A stretch of 64,000 nt of DNA from Neophaeotheca triangularis. Lineage: Eukaryota. The DNA is taken from contig BAAIJX010000009.1 of assembly GCA_054600435.1 (NCBI GenBank), forward strand, positions 248,001 to 312,000, given 5' to 3'. A program made the translations under genes and the position numbers. The notes below the pieces were generated by a model. That model did no database searches. It saw only the letters and a program-made list of their open reading frames with translations, and was not told the DNA's origin. Within the stretch, counting starts at the first letter, position 1; each line of letters starts with the position of its first letter. Shown here one piece after another: positions 10,914-24,214 of this stretch.

Positions 10914-13703
10914 ATGGCGGAGGGACAGACAATCGTCACCGACGCGACTGACGGCGCGCCCGCGCTGGGCTCGCTCTTCGACGGAAAGCGCTTCTTTCTC
11001 GTTCAGCGCGTCCCGTCCAGGCAGCACTTCATCAGCCAAATCCAGGCCAACGGCGGTCGCGTGGTCAAACTCGAAGCACAAGCCGATTACATCGTCGCCG
11101 ACCACAAGCGAAGGGATGCGCCGGCCGGTAGCATCTCCTGGGCCTTCATTGATCGATCCATAAAAGACGGCGAGCTCAAAGACCCAGCAGACCACCCTGC
11201 TGGCCCGCCAGTTGGCGCAGCTCGTGCGGTTGGATCTGGCGTGCCGAGCAAGGCCACTCGCACTCCGTTTACGCCTGAGGACGACGAGTTCTTGTGGGAA
11301 TGGGTACAGGCTGCGCACAGAAGAGGAGGCATGGTCAAAGGGAATCAGATCTACCAGGAGCTGGAGAGGAAGAACTCGCGTCACACCTTCCAGGCTTGGA
11401 GGGATCGCTACCTGAAGAAAATGCACGGCATACGCGCTCTAGATATAGATGCGCCCAGTACCCCAGCTGTACCCGCGCCAAACTCCGCGCCTGCGCCCGT
11501 GTCAGCGCCCGCAAACCCTCCAGAATTTACTCAAGACGATTTCGATCAATTGCTCTTGCAGGCTCATGATATTCTCAACGTCGCCGAAGAAAATTTGGAA
11601 CTTGCTTGGGATGCGTGGCACGATGTGCGTCCAACCCATACTGCCGAGGAGTGGGCTGCGTATTTTGATGAGGTCGTGAAGCCAGAGTATCTCAGGAAGA
11701 AGGGGCTGCGCAACGGCGACCGAGGGGACGCACGGGATGAGGATCAAGAAGAAAGCGAGGATGAACAGCCTGAAGCGACTCCTTCTAAAGCTGGGAAGAG
11801 GAAACGGGACGCCCTTGGTGATTCTCACGCTCAGCCTGCAGGGGGTCGGAAGGCTACCAAGCACACCAAAGTGACCTCGAATCAGACAGCTGCTTCCACC
11901 TCAGCTTATCGAAATGGAGAAAATCACAGCAGACAGCCCCAGCGTGTACCTTCGACGACGTTTGATCCGGATAGTTCCGATTCTAAGGGATTCGCGCTAT
12001 CAGCGGCTCCGAGACCACAGAATTCTGGAAGACAGTCGGCAGAGGCAGTTCAGACATTAGAGAGCGATGAGGGGGACATGGATGGTGCCATGCCGACATC
12101 TGAAGCCAATGCAGCTATTGAGGCGCAAATCCAAGCGGACGTGGATGCTCAGCAATCCGCGGTAAGAGCGGGTAATGGCCATGAACGACAGCAACCAAAA
12201 GTCGCGGAGGCACGCGAATACTTGGAGGACAAGGACGAGGAGGGAGAGCAAGTAGATGAGGCACTTATAGAGGGAGCGGGGGCAGCTCATGGGTCTGGGT
12301 TGGGCCAAGCATTGACCGAAGAGAATCTTGCGAGCCAGCAAGCGCAGCATAGAGTTCACCTTCTGCGCGGGAAAGATCTTCCTGAGGACGACGACAAACA
12401 GGATCAGACAGGCTACCTTGAGTACTTGCAAGAGACCATGCAAGAGGCTAAGCGCAACGATAGGGATGGTCCGACTCCTCGTAAAGCCGGTCAAGATGGT
12501 CAACCATTACAAGGTTCCCAGGCCGCAGAGAGCGAGCACATGTTCTCAAGCCAGGCCAACAACGAACTGGGAGGAGTGGATTTACGCTGGCCGTCGATGT
12601 CGCCTCAAGGGCAACGAGCTCAGCCCCAGCAACCGGAGAGCCAGAACTTCTCATTCGAGACACAAGTCAATAATTCCAGCCTACCCGCTCAATATCCTGA
12701 CCTGTCGAACAAGAACGGCAAGCAGCGCCCTGAGGAAGTTGCAGCTGCATTGCTCAAGTCGACAAGCAGGCCTGAACAGAACACCAGCCGCACGCACAAC
12801 CACTGGATTTCTCAACAGCAGAAGAGCCAGCGAGAGGGTGGAGTTGATGCTTCGACTGCAGACGACGATTTCGCGGGTCTGGATCTGTCGATGCCTGAGC
12901 CAGACGGTGGCTTTGACTTTTCTTTCGGCGATGAACAGAATGGCATGGGCCAAGAGCCTTTAATGATGCCTTCACAGACTGCGCAACCACAAGAATTAGC
13001 CCGGAAAGCACAAGACGACGAAGAGATGAACGCCAGAAACTCCACCGAAATCGTGGTCTCTTCGAACTCAGCCTCTGGAGACGGCTCCCAAACGCAAAAC
13101 CAACCAAGTCAGCAACCACCAGCACCACAAACCCTCGACACCCAAGCGATCCTCAACGCCGAAACCCAACAACCTGATCTTAGTATGCCGCTTCCTCCAG
13201 ACTCCGACTCCGGCTCCGAGCCCCTCCAATCTCAGCACTACGAAAAATTGAAATCTCCCGCCCCTTCTCACTCCAGCCCTCATACAAGAACGAACAACCA
13301 ACCCAAACCACTACCCCCCTATGCCCTCGCCGCCGAAGCCGCCCTCCGCGAATCCCGCCGCCGCTCTTCCAAACCCCTTCCCCAACCCTCCGACAACGAA
13401 CCTCTCAACGACGACGACATAATGTCCTACATCGCTTCCATAGTCCGTCGAGGCTACGACGAGGCCAAAGTCCTGAACGCTTTGCAAGCGACTTCCATGC
13501 GGCCGGAGTTGGCGGAGGAGGTGCTTTGGCTGGAGCGCAGGGGCGAGGGTTTTCCCGATCGCATGCCCGGGGCTTGGAGTGAGGCTGAGGATCGGGCTGT
13601 TGAGGGGGGTGATGCGGGGGCTATGAGGGAACTCGAGGTTAAGCATGGGTGGGATGAGGTTAGGGCTAGGTTGCAGTTTTTGCAGGATTGGAGGGAGGGT
13701 TGA
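10914..13703 (+). CDS. RAP1: Telomere-associated protein Rap1 (BRCT, Myb and C-terminal RCT domains)
   Basis: 929-aa ORF. N-terminal BRCT-like LFDGKRFFLVQRVP...ADYIVADH...SWAFI, Myb-like RTPFTPEDDEFLW...HTFQAWRDRYLK, long disordered middle, C-terminal ALQATSM...PGAWSEAED...KHGWDEVRARLQFL. Confidence 0.85.
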   Translation: MAEGQTIVTDATDGAPALGSLFDGKRFFLVQRVPSRQHFISQIQANGGRVVKLEAQADYIVADHKRRDAPAGSISWAFIDRSIKDGELKDPADHPAGPPVGAARAVGSGVPSKATRTPFTPEDDEFLWEWVQAAHRRGGMVKGNQIYQELERKNSRHTFQAWRDRYLKKMHGIRALDIDAPSTPAVPAPNSAPAPVSAPANPPEFTQDDFDQLLLQAHDILNVAEENLELAWDAWHDVRPTHTAEEWAAYFDEVVKPEYLRKKGLRNGDRGDARDEDQEESEDEQPEATPSKAGKRKRDALGDSHAQPAGGRKATKHTKVTSNQTAASTSAYRNGENHSRQPQRVPSTTFDPDSSDSKGFALSAAPRPQNSGRQSAEAVQTLESDEGDMDGAMPTSEANAAIEAQIQADVDAQQSAVRAGNGHERQQPKVAEAREYLEDKDEEGEQVDEALIEGAGAAHGSGLGQALTEENLASQQAQHRVHLLRGKDLPEDDDKQDQTGYLEYLQETMQEAKRNDRDGPTPRKAGQDGQPLQGSQAAESEHMFSSQANNELGGVDLRWPSMSPQGQRAQPQQPESQNFSFETQVNNSSLPAQYPDLSNKNGKQRPEEVAAALLKSTSRPEQNTSRTHNHWISQQQKSQREGGVDASTADDDFAGLDLSMPEPDGGFDFSFGDEQNGMGQEPLMMPSQTAQPQELARKAQDDEEMNARNSTEIVVSSNSASGDGSQTQNQPSQQPPAPQTLDTQAILNAETQQPDLSMPLPPDSDSGSEPLQSQHYEKLKSPAPSHSSPHTRTNNQPKPLPPYALAAEAALRESRRRSSKPLPQPSDNEPLNDDDIMSYIASIVRRGYDEAKVLNALQATSMRPELAEEVLWLERRGEGFPDRMPGAWSEAEDRAVEGGDAGAMRELEVKHGWDEVRARLQFLQDWREG

Positions 13704-15757
13704 GGGGGAATTTGGGTTTGAGGGCTGGCTAGGGTCAGAGTTTGGGATGGACTGGCTGCTGGTCATGTAGTCTTGCCATGGATGCTAGTAGTGTGTTGTT
13801 GGTATTGACGCATCGGTTGAACGTGCTCGGTCGGTGGTTGTAGATGATGGAGGTTGGTAGTACTAGGCCGCAGAGAATTCTTGCTATCTCATCTTTCTAA
13901 TATTCGAGTCGCTGGATTGTTTTCGTGAGGGACCAACCGTGAATATTTGCAACGACCCGATCTCTGCTGTTTCATACTTTCCATTTCTCCTCCCGGAAGC
14001 AATGTTGCTATTGAGTGGCATGCCTGCTCCTGCCTTTTCCTCTCTTGCATTGTTTCATTGCATAACAGCGCTGTGCGCCTTCCCCCCATTCCTCTACCTC
14101 CTCACTCCCCTTTTATTAGGAGGGGACCCTCGCCATGGCTGATTGAGCGGTCGTGCTCTGCAATCAAACCGTATTAGGTCCCTGATGCCACTCGGTTGTG
14201 TGGAATTCACGAGGCTCTGAGAAGCTGGACATGGGAAGATGGTTTCTTGTTGCGATGCTCGTTAAAACTATCGTTACTATTTTATCCCTCTGCGACTACT
14301 TTTGGCATTCCAGTGGTACTTTGGTCACCCAAGGACATCTCTTAATCACTTTTCGATCGAACATGCCCTCGTTCTCCAAAACCCACGAAAAGGCGGCCCC
14401 CACTAGCATGCTCGAGCAACTACTACAAATCCATGTTCGACCCACGACACGGAATCCGTAAAGGGATACTAATACTAGTATCACTTGGCGTTACAAGCGA
14501 TGCCTCGCAACTGGAGACCGCTGGAACTTCTGCCGCGGTGGGTGAGAGCCCCGATGATGGCTCGGCAAGTGGAGAGCTGTCTTCGAATCACCGTCGGAAT
14601 ATTGGACAATCATCACGTTGCCTGCGCGACAGCGTGTCAGCGTTATTCAGGGCCGACATTACTCGAGATCCTTCGAGAAATGAAGAGCTCCACTCTAAGA
14701 CCCCCGAACGGCGGGTGTTTGGAGGCTTCCTGGTGCGGTGGGATCATGGGGAGGGAGGGATGGGGGAAATCAATTCGGAACCGTGATTGAAGCGGGAGAG
14801 TAGGGCCCACAGAAGCTGATTGAGTGGTGGTTATTACTTATTAGTGCCTGAGGACCTGAACTGTGCTGATGACAGAACTGGCCCCAGCTGATCCCCGCCA
14901 AGTGGAGGTGGGTCTGTTTGAGCTCGACCTCCAACAACAACATGCGGACTATATGCCTCTCTACAACTCGCCAGACTGGGCCGTGAAAGATGGTATTCGA
15001 CCACGAAGAGCTCTACGACCGGAACCCGATTCTGTTTTTTTTCTTTCGCGATTCGATCTTTGAAAGGATTGCTGTGCGCTGCTATGGACTCATGAATAGA
15101 CGTCGGCGGCAAAATTCTTTTTTGCTCAAGGCCAAGCTACCAAGCCAGCTGGGCGTGTATCATGGCGTGTCTTGGGAGGGCCAACCTTCATAACGAAGCG
15201 CGGACAAACTCGACAAGACGAGGGCTGAGCGCAGGCAAGACGCTTGATGACAGAATGGGCTCAGAGACTTACCCAAATTTACGGCGTGTTGAAGGCATGG
15301 CACATGCTAAACTCCACTGCTTTTTCCCTCTTCGCCCACTAGCAAGCGTGGCAAGCAACTTGCGTGGCTTGCCCAGACCTATCGCTTCCTGGCATATCTC
15401 GCGCTTATCTCTCGAGACAATCAATACCTCAACAATACCTCAGTAGGTATGACGACCTTGAGACGGCAGAGTTGCGGCACGCCTGCGGTAGGTGACCTTC
15501 AACAACATGGCCAAGACGTTACTTCTGGAGCGTGCACGAGGTCACTTCTCTCGGCTGGTTCCACGCCCAAGAGCAAAGTGGATCTCTGGAGGAAGAACTC
15601 AAACCCGCAAAGCTCTCCCACGGCCCCATTGCTGTAATGTCTAGCCACGCGAAGTTGAATATATAATGGCCTTGTCCTCCGCAAGCCCCAGACGTGTGCC
15701 GCAATCATTCAAACCCTCTTTCTCATTTCTTTCGACAACTAGGTACTCTCTGCAATC

Positions 15758-17615
15758 ATGGGAGTAGCAGGTGTCAAAGACAACGCCGATGGCGTGCCTA
15801 CCTTCTGGGGCACGTCTGGAAGCACTCTCCAATTGATGGTGACCATTGTCGCTACCACGGACTTTCTGCTCTTCGGTTCGTTCTATCGTGCGAACAGCCG
15901 AACTTGTCGCAAAGACTGACCCCTCTGCAGGTTATGACCAAGGTGTCATGGCTGGTATCATCTCTTCCGACGCTTTTACGACCGCTTTTCCTGAGGTACA
16001 CAACGACCCTACCTACGAAGGTTTCGTCACCGCCATCTACGCCGTCGGCTGCTTCTTGGGCGCCGTCTTCATTCTCATCTTCGCCGACTACCTGGGCCGC
16101 CGCAACTCGATCTTCCTTGGTGCTGGTGTCATGATTATTGGTGTCATCATCCAGATCGCCTGTGTACCTCCAAGCTCAGGTGCTACCGCACAGTTCATCG
16201 TTGGACGCTGTCTGACTGGTGTCGGGAACGGCATCAACACCAGTACCATCCCTACCTACCAAGCTGAGTGTTGTAAAGCCAAGAATCGTGGACGCCTCAT
16301 CTGTATTGAGGGTGGTAACGTTGCCATCGGTACTTTAATCGCTTACTGGATTGACTACGGATGTCTCTACGGCCCTGACCCATTCACTTGGAGGTTTCCC
16401 ATTGCTTTCCAGGTTGTCTTCGCCGTCATCGTTGCTGTCCTGATGCTCAGGCTTCCAGAGTCGCCCCGTTGGTTGATGACCAAGGATCGACACGAGGACG
16501 CAGCGACAGTTCTCGCAGGTCTGGCTCGTACCACACGCGACTCTCCGGAAGTCAGGACTCAAATGGGTGTTATCATCGACGGTATCCGCGCTTCTGGCCA
16601 TGCTGGTGGTGTCACTCCGGTTTCCGCCCTTTTCAAGGGTGGCAAGCAACAGCACTTCCGTCGTATGATGCTTGGCGCTGGTTCTCAGTTCATGCAGCAG
16701 CTTTCCGGTTGCAACGCTGTCATTTACTACTTCCCCATCCTGTTTCAGAGGACTATTGGTGTTTCCCACAACTTATCTCTTCTGCTCGGTGGTGTCAACA
16801 TGATCATCTACTCCATCTTCGCGACAACTTCCTGGTACTTTGTCGAGCGGATCGGCCGTCGCAAGCTCTTCATCATCGGTGCCACCGGACAGTGTCTCTC
16901 CATGGTGCTTACCTTTGGCGCTTTAATCCCTGGCGACTCTGAAGCCGCCAAGGGTGCTGCCGTCGGCCTCTTTACCTACATTGCCTTCTTCGGTGCAACT
17001 TGGCTGCCTCTGCCGTGGTTGTATCCCGCCGAAATTAACCCTCTGAAGACCAGAGCGAAGGCCAACGCTGTCTCCACCACACAGAACTGGTAAGTTCAAC
17101 TTTGAAGGAAAGAATTTGGGAAATTTCACAATTCTCTCCACACAGGTCCTCTTCCATGGTGATAAGGTGCTAACTGATGAAACAGGATCTGGAACTTCTT
17201 CATCGTCATGATCACGCCCGTATTGATCGATGGTACCGGTACCCAAGGATGGGGAACCTACCTCTTCTTCGCTGTCCTGAACGCACTCTTCGTGGTAAGC
17301 ACTCTCTCTATTCTAACCCGTCTGGCGAACCTCGGCCACTAACACACTCGCCAGCCTGCAATCTACTTCTTTTACCCTGAGACGGCAGGAAGGACGCTAG
17401 AAGAGATTGACTTGATCTTCGCCAAGGGCCACAACGAGAACATGTCCTACGTCCGCGCCGGCAAAGAGCTACCGCGTCTCACTGAGGACGAGCTGAACCA
17501 AGAGGCCAAGGAGCAGGGCGTTCAGTCCTCAGACGACGAGGCCGGCCAGCTTGCTGACGCTAAGCATGGCGAAAAGGAGAAGGATCTTGCCTATGATGGC
17601 AATGGTCTTGCGTAA
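15758..17615 (+). CDS. STL1: MFS sugar porter, Stl1-like glycerol/polyol-H+ symporter, 4 exons
   Basis: Introns 15876-15930, 17090-17185, 17295-17354. Motifs LLFGYDQGVM, GRR, IPTYQAE, PESPRWL, QQLSGCNAVIYY, PWLYPAEINPLKTR, YPETAGRTLEEID. Confidence 0.85.
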
Positions 17616-18460
17616 AGCTGAGAAGGGATTGGTGAAAATTTGGGAGGACAAGCTGTACAAGTGCATGCATGCACACGGCTTGACAATAGATCATAGATGC
17701 TTATATCCAATAGACAAATAGAAAACATTTATCACAAACATCACTGTTATATCCAAAATTGATCTCAACTCCTGAATCCCTGAAAGTTGCGCACGGTCTC
17801 GGTGGCTTTTCGGCTTCACCACCGCAACAGCATTCTCCTGTAGCTAGGAGGCGCTTCTACCTTGCCAACCGACAATGAGCATACAACCGACGTCGCGATG
17901 CTGTCGTTCCATCAACGCCGAGTGTCGCTTCTTGTCTCTCGTACCGCGAGTGGCAAGCAATTCGTTCGCATCGTCCTGTCTGCGAGTTTTGGCTCTCCTG
18001 ATGTGCTGGGTTCCCTCTAGGCTTCGGTACTTGCCTAGTACAACGGGAGCCGAATTGTCGGATCGGGGTGTTCTCATCGCTTTTCACCAGGGGTGGAACA
18101 TGTCTCGGCGAACGGGTTGAGGGTCGTTGATCCGCAACCCGAACGAGAGGGTGCGAGTTACGAGTGGCCAAAGCCGCCAATACGGTAGGTACGATTGAGT
18201 CACTCTATGGCCGAGGGCATGAGATTGATGTTCAAGCGCAGATGCACGTTTTCCCAATTGTATCAGGCAGAGCTACTGACGAGCGGTTCTCTTGCCGGCG
18301 GTGCTGCTTCTAGAGATGATAGATATACCCCGTAGCACCGTCGTGGTTGTACTAGATCCACCCTTCGAGTCCCGACTCCACTATCGCTCGGCGAACGCTG
18401 CTTCGCAACCATACCGTGACTGAGCCCAAACAAGATGAGTCAGCTCCGCCACCTTGCAGC

Positions 18461-19219
18461 TCAGTCCCACGACCGGCCATAGGACACCGTGACGCCGGAA
18501 TCACAGATACAACGCCAGCCCAGGCCATCGCGCCGGAAAAGAACGTCCTTGACGGCGCGCTTGTTGCTCGGGCGTAGCTTGCTGCACTGCACCTCGAAAT
18601 GCACCACGAGCTTTGAATGCAGCAGGTGATGTCGAGTGGCAGATTGCAGCAAGGCGCGGAGCGTGTCGATTGGGAGAGCGTCGACGCTGGCCTCGGGACG
18701 GTCTCTTGCTCCGAGTCGGTACGCCAGACGTATGTGTCGGAGACTGCTTGTGCCTTGCTCGCCCACGGCGCGGAGGAAGTGGGTCAGTTGGTCGAGGTTG
18801 TCCGGGTCGTCTTGGGCGGCGTAGAAGCGCTCGTCTTGGGACTTTAGGGGTCTTGGGATCTCGAACGTCCAGCCGTGGTACCAGATGGGAAGGTATTCTT
18901 TACGGAATTGTTTGGAGGTGAGCTGGGCTGATAGGAACGCTTCGTAGACGGGGCACGTCTCTACTGGCGTGTCCGGAGAAAGCCCCTTTTGCCGTGTCAG
19001 GCTGGCTTTTGACCCGAGTGGACACAGTACGTTGCTGTATGAAGATGGTCCTTGCTTGCCGGGGTGGGCGGTGGAAGTAAGACGTCCCTTTCGTGATGAG
19101 TCTCGAAGAGCCGAGTAAATGATGAGTCGTAGCTCTGCTGGAAGGTCGAAAAATCCAACTTCACTTGGTCGCTGCTTCGTGGTGTCCATGTCGCTGAGTG
19201 TAAGCTGACTAGTGGGCAT
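18461..19219 (-). CDS. Hypothetical protein with N-terminal F-box-like motif
   Basis: 252-aa ORF with FFDLPAELRLIIY and later LTSKQFRKEYLPIWY, a pattern common in Dothideomycete hypothetical proteins. Confidence 0.65.
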   Translation of the reverse strand: MPTSQLTLSDMDTTKQRPSEVGFFDLPAELRLIIYSALRDSSRKGRLTSTAHPGKQGPSSYSNVLCPLGSKASLTRQKGLSPDTPVETCPVYEAFLSAQLTSKQFRKEYLPIWYHGWTFEIPRPLKSQDERFYAAQDDPDNLDQLTHFLRAVGEQGTSSLRHIRLAYRLGARDRPEASVDALPIDTLRALLQSATRHHLLHSKLVVHFEVQCSKLRPSNKRAVKDVLFRRDGLGWRCICDSGVTVSYGRSWD

Positions 19220-20486
19220 ATAAGTAAGAGGCTCGAATAAAAGAATGCTCCGAACTCAAGCCTTTCGCTAAATGCAAGGGACGAAAGTCAGGGTGATAGC
19301 AAGAGAGCTGGGGAAGTGGAATCGCAACAGGAGAACGAGCAGTATACATATCTCCCAGTGTCCCCTGTTTAGACGCGGCAGGCACTCAAGCCATTGGAGT
19401 TTACTTCACGTGGCGCCTTGGGAAGTTGGGGCCCCTCGACCAGAGGTACGGCGTACCTCGTCCATCACAACATACTACTAGGGTGCGCAGCAAAGCACCT
19501 GGATTGGCATGACTACGGCACCGGACACTTCCTCTCAAACTAAACACCACAGAACGTGCAGTGACGAATGCAGATCGTCTGGGCTTGCTACCGCCGAGAG
19601 TCTTTAACAACCCACAGGATTGTTTTCCATACGCCAGCCACGAGGCCGGAGAGCGGACACGCAAGCACATACAACGGGAACGGGGGATGTCATTGAGATG
19701 ATCGACATCTTGAGCCTTTGCTTGTGGCTTCGAAATCGGCTTGGCGATATCTTTGATGCGATAAGGTCAGACCGTGTCGCGTCCGCCAAGCACGGGACTC
19801 CGACAAATTACGCAGTTTCGTCTGAGAATGCCCGCATTACTTCGCCTCAATGCGCGGTAATCTGAAGGCGGAAGGCTCACGTTGGTTGTCGACGGTCCAT
19901 GGATGTTTGGTTGATGTACAGCTTGGCATTCGTAGATCTTCGTATCTCATGGCACCCGACTTCTGGTTGCTGTTTGGGAAGACCGTGGTTGTTGGGGTCG
20001 ATGCTGATAAGCTCTCTGTAGGTAAGCTGTAACGGATGGCTCGAGAGTGGCTTGTTGGCATACTTTTCCATGCCCGAGCCAGGGCGTACCGACTTGGAGC
20101 TGAAGACTCCATTCTCCGAAGGTTACCTGCTTTTCTTTGCTTGCCATTTCTTCGCTGTTAACAGGGTAGTAAGCTTATTGTTGAACCCAAATTGAGCCGT
20201 GCTGCACCATGGAGGGAAGTGTGCGTAGACTAAGACTAGCCTGTCTGCGGCTGATGGCATGAACATCCAGGTCCGGTTGACTTTAAATTTGTGGTGGACG
20301 ATACCTGTAACCTAGGTAGGCGTGGTGAAGTCTGGAGGCTTGCCAAGACTCCGGAAGGTTTCGGTCTGAACCGTGGCCGAACGGCAGCCCACTTCAAGTT
20401 CCAGACTAGTTACTCCTAGTTACTACTATTAGGAGGTAACCTGGAGGTACCAACTACTGGACCCGATCTTAAAGTGTGCACTACAG

Positions 20487-20516
<30 letters not shown>
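20487..20516. repeat. (TAC)10 microsatellite
   Basis: Ten perfect TAC units, intergenic. Confidence 0.95.
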
Positions 20517-20517
<1 letters not shown>

Positions 20518-21463
20518 GCATGTCACAGCTTCAACTTTCCCCTCCGCATCTCCGCAGGCGTTGTAACCCGGCCCAACGATCTTAACAAACGTCGCGGGTG
20601 TACAGGACCTGCATTAGTCGAGTACCGTCTGATAGATCGAGTCCGGCTGTTGTTTACATCCCGCATTGAACGAGCATCAAGGTACTGTTGACGCGTCCAG
20701 GTTGGTCGCACAATAAAATGCGCGCGGAAATGAGGCAGGCAAGTGTCGTGCACATGTGTTTGTCGGATCCATCAGAGGATCAACAAGCAATCTGATGAAG
20801 AGTTGTCGCCGCGCGAGGCTTCAAACACGTACGTACCCGTTCTACAGGTACCGACTACCCAGAAAGTCATGAACGCATTATTAGTTATTATTATGGTTGC
20901 TGCAAAAGTACTCGGAGCACAGCCACGAGTGCCGAGAGACAGCTTCAACACACTACTACTACTGCTGGACAGCCAGCGTTGCCCAGCATTGTCACCCGAA
21001 GACTTGGCTGCATAGACTTCGAAAGCTGATCGCGACCAGGACGCCCGGCGTGGTCGTTGGAGTCGAGAGTTGACGTGTAGCATCCAACCTTGTCCCTTCG
21101 GCCGGGCCATCTGATAGGCTCGCGGGCATGTTATGGTACCTGCTGCAAGCAAGCAAGCTCTCGGGTCCCTTTGGGTAACCTACCGCAACCGCTGCAGCAA
21201 TATCTTGATACATACAACTTATTTAGCATGGAAAGGTGACCGTGGGGATCCGGTTCTCTGATGCTCCGAGACGCGAGAACCGATGAAATGTACTTTTGGA
21301 GGTAGCGACCAGCCAGATGCATGGGAGAGCATATACCAAAAAGCTCTTGCTTCCCTGGATTTGTCTCGACAGTTTTCCCGCCATTGTCAGTCAGTCAGTC
21401 AGTCAGTCTTCGCTCTACGGGAATCTTCCGACTGTACTTTAGAAAATAGCGGACGCATTCACG

Positions 21464-23034
21464 ATGAATCCGTCTCCAGTTGGCAGCTTCCCTCCGTCAG
21501 GCATTGAGGTCCTGATCGTTGGCACGGGTTTCGGAGGCCTCACCGCAGCTCTGGAATGTACTCGCAAAGGCCACAATGTCCGCATCCTCGAGCGGAATAC
21601 AACGGTGGACAAGGGAGGTACGCATTACAAAGTGGCAAGTCCAACACAAACACCTGGACAGCTGGCTGATTGACTCTCGTATATAGGTGACATGTACTTT
21701 ATGGGAGTTTCGGCAACCGGCATTTTCAAGCATTGGCCCGAGATGTCCGAGGAGTACTCGGGCATCTCCCTCCACGATGCCTGGATCGAGACGTTCAAGC
21801 ACGACGGCAACCGCATGTTCCCGCCGACCAAAGTCGCCGACAGGCTCAGGTCGCCTGAAGGCGTCAACCCCGGCACTTTCCAGATGCGTCCTCTTATCTA
21901 CACGATGCTCTTGGAGCAAGTCCAGAGACTCGGCATAACGATTGAGTTTGGCAAGAAAGTCGTCGACTACTTTGAGGATGAGCAGGGGGGAAAGGGCGGT
22001 GTGAGGCTTCAAGATGGCACGGAGCTCAAGGCAGACGTAGTGATTGCGTCTGATGGTGTCGGTTCAAAGTCACAGAAGATTGTAGGGGGAGAAGTGCGCG
22101 CGAGGTCGAGCGGTAGGGCCATGTGGCGCGCAGTCTTCCCCCGGGAGCACTTGGACAAGTACGAAGACACAAAGGAATTCTTCGCCATGAAGGATGGCGA
22201 GGAACCCATCGTGCGAACGTTCTTCGGGTGAGTTTGGATTCCCAGGCTTGAAGTGCTGATGTTCCTTTACTGACAAGATGTAGGCCGGGGACTTACGCCC
22301 TCACGCTCACTAACAAGGACGTGGTCGTCTGGATTATGAACCACGATGCCACCGGCACCGAAGCAGAGTCATGGCACAACCATATTTCGGCGGACGAGGT
22401 TCTCAACGCCATGGACAAGGTGCCGGGACCTACCAAATGGTCCACGGCATTCCAAGACCTCGTCAGAGCAACCCCGCCCGACACCATCGTCAACTTCGAG
22501 CTCTGGTGGCGCGACCCGCAGCCTAGCTGGAGCTCAAAGGGTGGTCGCATCGTACAGATTGGAGACGCGGCTCACTCGTTTCTTCCATCATCCGGCAACG
22601 GCGCAACCCAAGCCATCGAAGACGCAACCTCCCTCGCGGCGTGCTTGCAAGAAGGCGGCAAGGAGAATATCCCCGAAGCAGTGCGGGCACACGTGCGCTT
22701 CCGCTTTGTCCGAAACGCCTGCGCACAAAAGATGGGTTTCGCAAACGCCGAGCTCCTGCAGAAGACGGATTGGGAGAAGGTCAAGTTCGACCCGAGGAAG
22801 TCGTCGCCCAAGCTTCCCAAGTGGGTTTGGTCTCACGACCCAGAGGCGCACGTTCACCAGAACTATGCCGCCTGCGTTGATGGTATGAAGAAGAACATTC
22901 GCATTGAAGACGACGAGAGGGTGCCGCCGAACTTCCCGCCCGGTTACAGGTATGAGAAGTGGACGATTGACGATATCATGGACGATTTGAACAATGGGCG
23001 TGAGGTTGATCTCGGTGCTGGCGACTGGAACTGA
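21464..23034 (+). CDS. FAD-dependent monooxygenase (salicylate hydroxylase/MAK1-like), 3 exons
   Basis: Introns 21618-21686 and 22228-22283. Rossmann IVGTGFGGL, DG motif ADVVIASDGVGS, GD motif QIGDAAHSFLPSSGNGATQAIEDA. Confidence 0.9.
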
Positions 23035-24214
23035 TGCAGCCGAGCTCATGCATTGGATGGCTGGCAATGGCGAATGACGTGCAAGGTGTTGGTAATGTTC
23101 ACAATGGATTCCCGAGGTACGAGATTATTTTATATTATTGTGTTGATGAATCGGATTTTATTGGGATTTGGATTTGCACACACTTTCGCTTGTACACGAA
23201 GTCGATGGTTTTGTCTGAGCAGCATTCTGCGTTCAGTCGGCGAAGTTGGTCTGGAGATGTCGCCGGATCTAGCTCCGTTGGCAGGACGTGTTATGTATCG
23301 TTATTGAACTCATCGTGGATGGTCAGACCGTCAGTCATGCTGTTCAACTTGGCGTGGACTTGTCGTACTTGTGAAGTAATCAAGGTGAAGCTCTAGGGGT
23401 GAAAGGTAACGTGTTCTCAAGCAAGTATTCACGCATCCACTGACCCAATATGCTTGCGTGAAGGCGGTCACGGTCCGAAGGGCGATGGCTCGTCTCATCA
23501 GCCGCTGAATCCCAAGCCTCGAAACCAGCTGCACCCATCCATGTGAGACGAGACGAGACGGCCGACGTTGCCGCAGGAACGTTCGAGACTACGTGTGACT
23601 GTTATTAGATTGACAGTTGACACTTCCATCATCAACCTTCCAACAACTGTATCAATAATACTTTCATGGAAGCATTTTCGGACACAAAAAGTCTTGACTC
23701 TTGTCGAGCAATCCAGATTTGCTGCTTCGAGATTCGAGAAGGCTTGGTTAAAAGTCGGAAGCTCAACATTACATTTAAGCGAGGGGGTCAAAAAATGCCG
23801 CACCAAGGAATTCGTCAATCGATGGCGCACGGCTGATAGAATCGGTATTATTGAAATAAACACTCCCGATTCTGTTAGAAAAGCCGTCGCAGAGCTGTAA
23901 ACCCCCCCAGAAATCGTCATTCACACATGAAGACGACAGAAATAATAAGAGTAAAAATATTAAAATTAATTATCATGGGGGTTGCCCCAATCACCTGGCA
24001 CAGAAGTTACGACTCCTGAGGTCCGGACATAATAATAGAGCGAAGAGGGGGGCGACACCGGATGGCAAATGCCCAGCGGAACTAGCGGACTTGGCATTAT
24101 TTGCCAAGCTGGTCGTGCGACGGCGGACCAACCGATCAACCGACCAACAAGATGGAAGTGCACCTAGAGGCTACTAATAAATGCGTAATAAAGGCCGCGG
24201 GTGTGGTACTGGTG

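Noticed and set aside
14198..15200. Short ORFs between RAP1 and STL1, possibly a gene relic
   Set aside because: No recognisable motif and no consistent splice model.
19401..20147. Cluster of short minus-strand ORFs
   Set aside because: No coherent frame or motifs; most likely promoter DNA between divergent genes.
23298..23920. Minus-strand ORFs with an intron-like segment near 23395-23445
   Set aside because: Could not build a convincing start-to-stop model.
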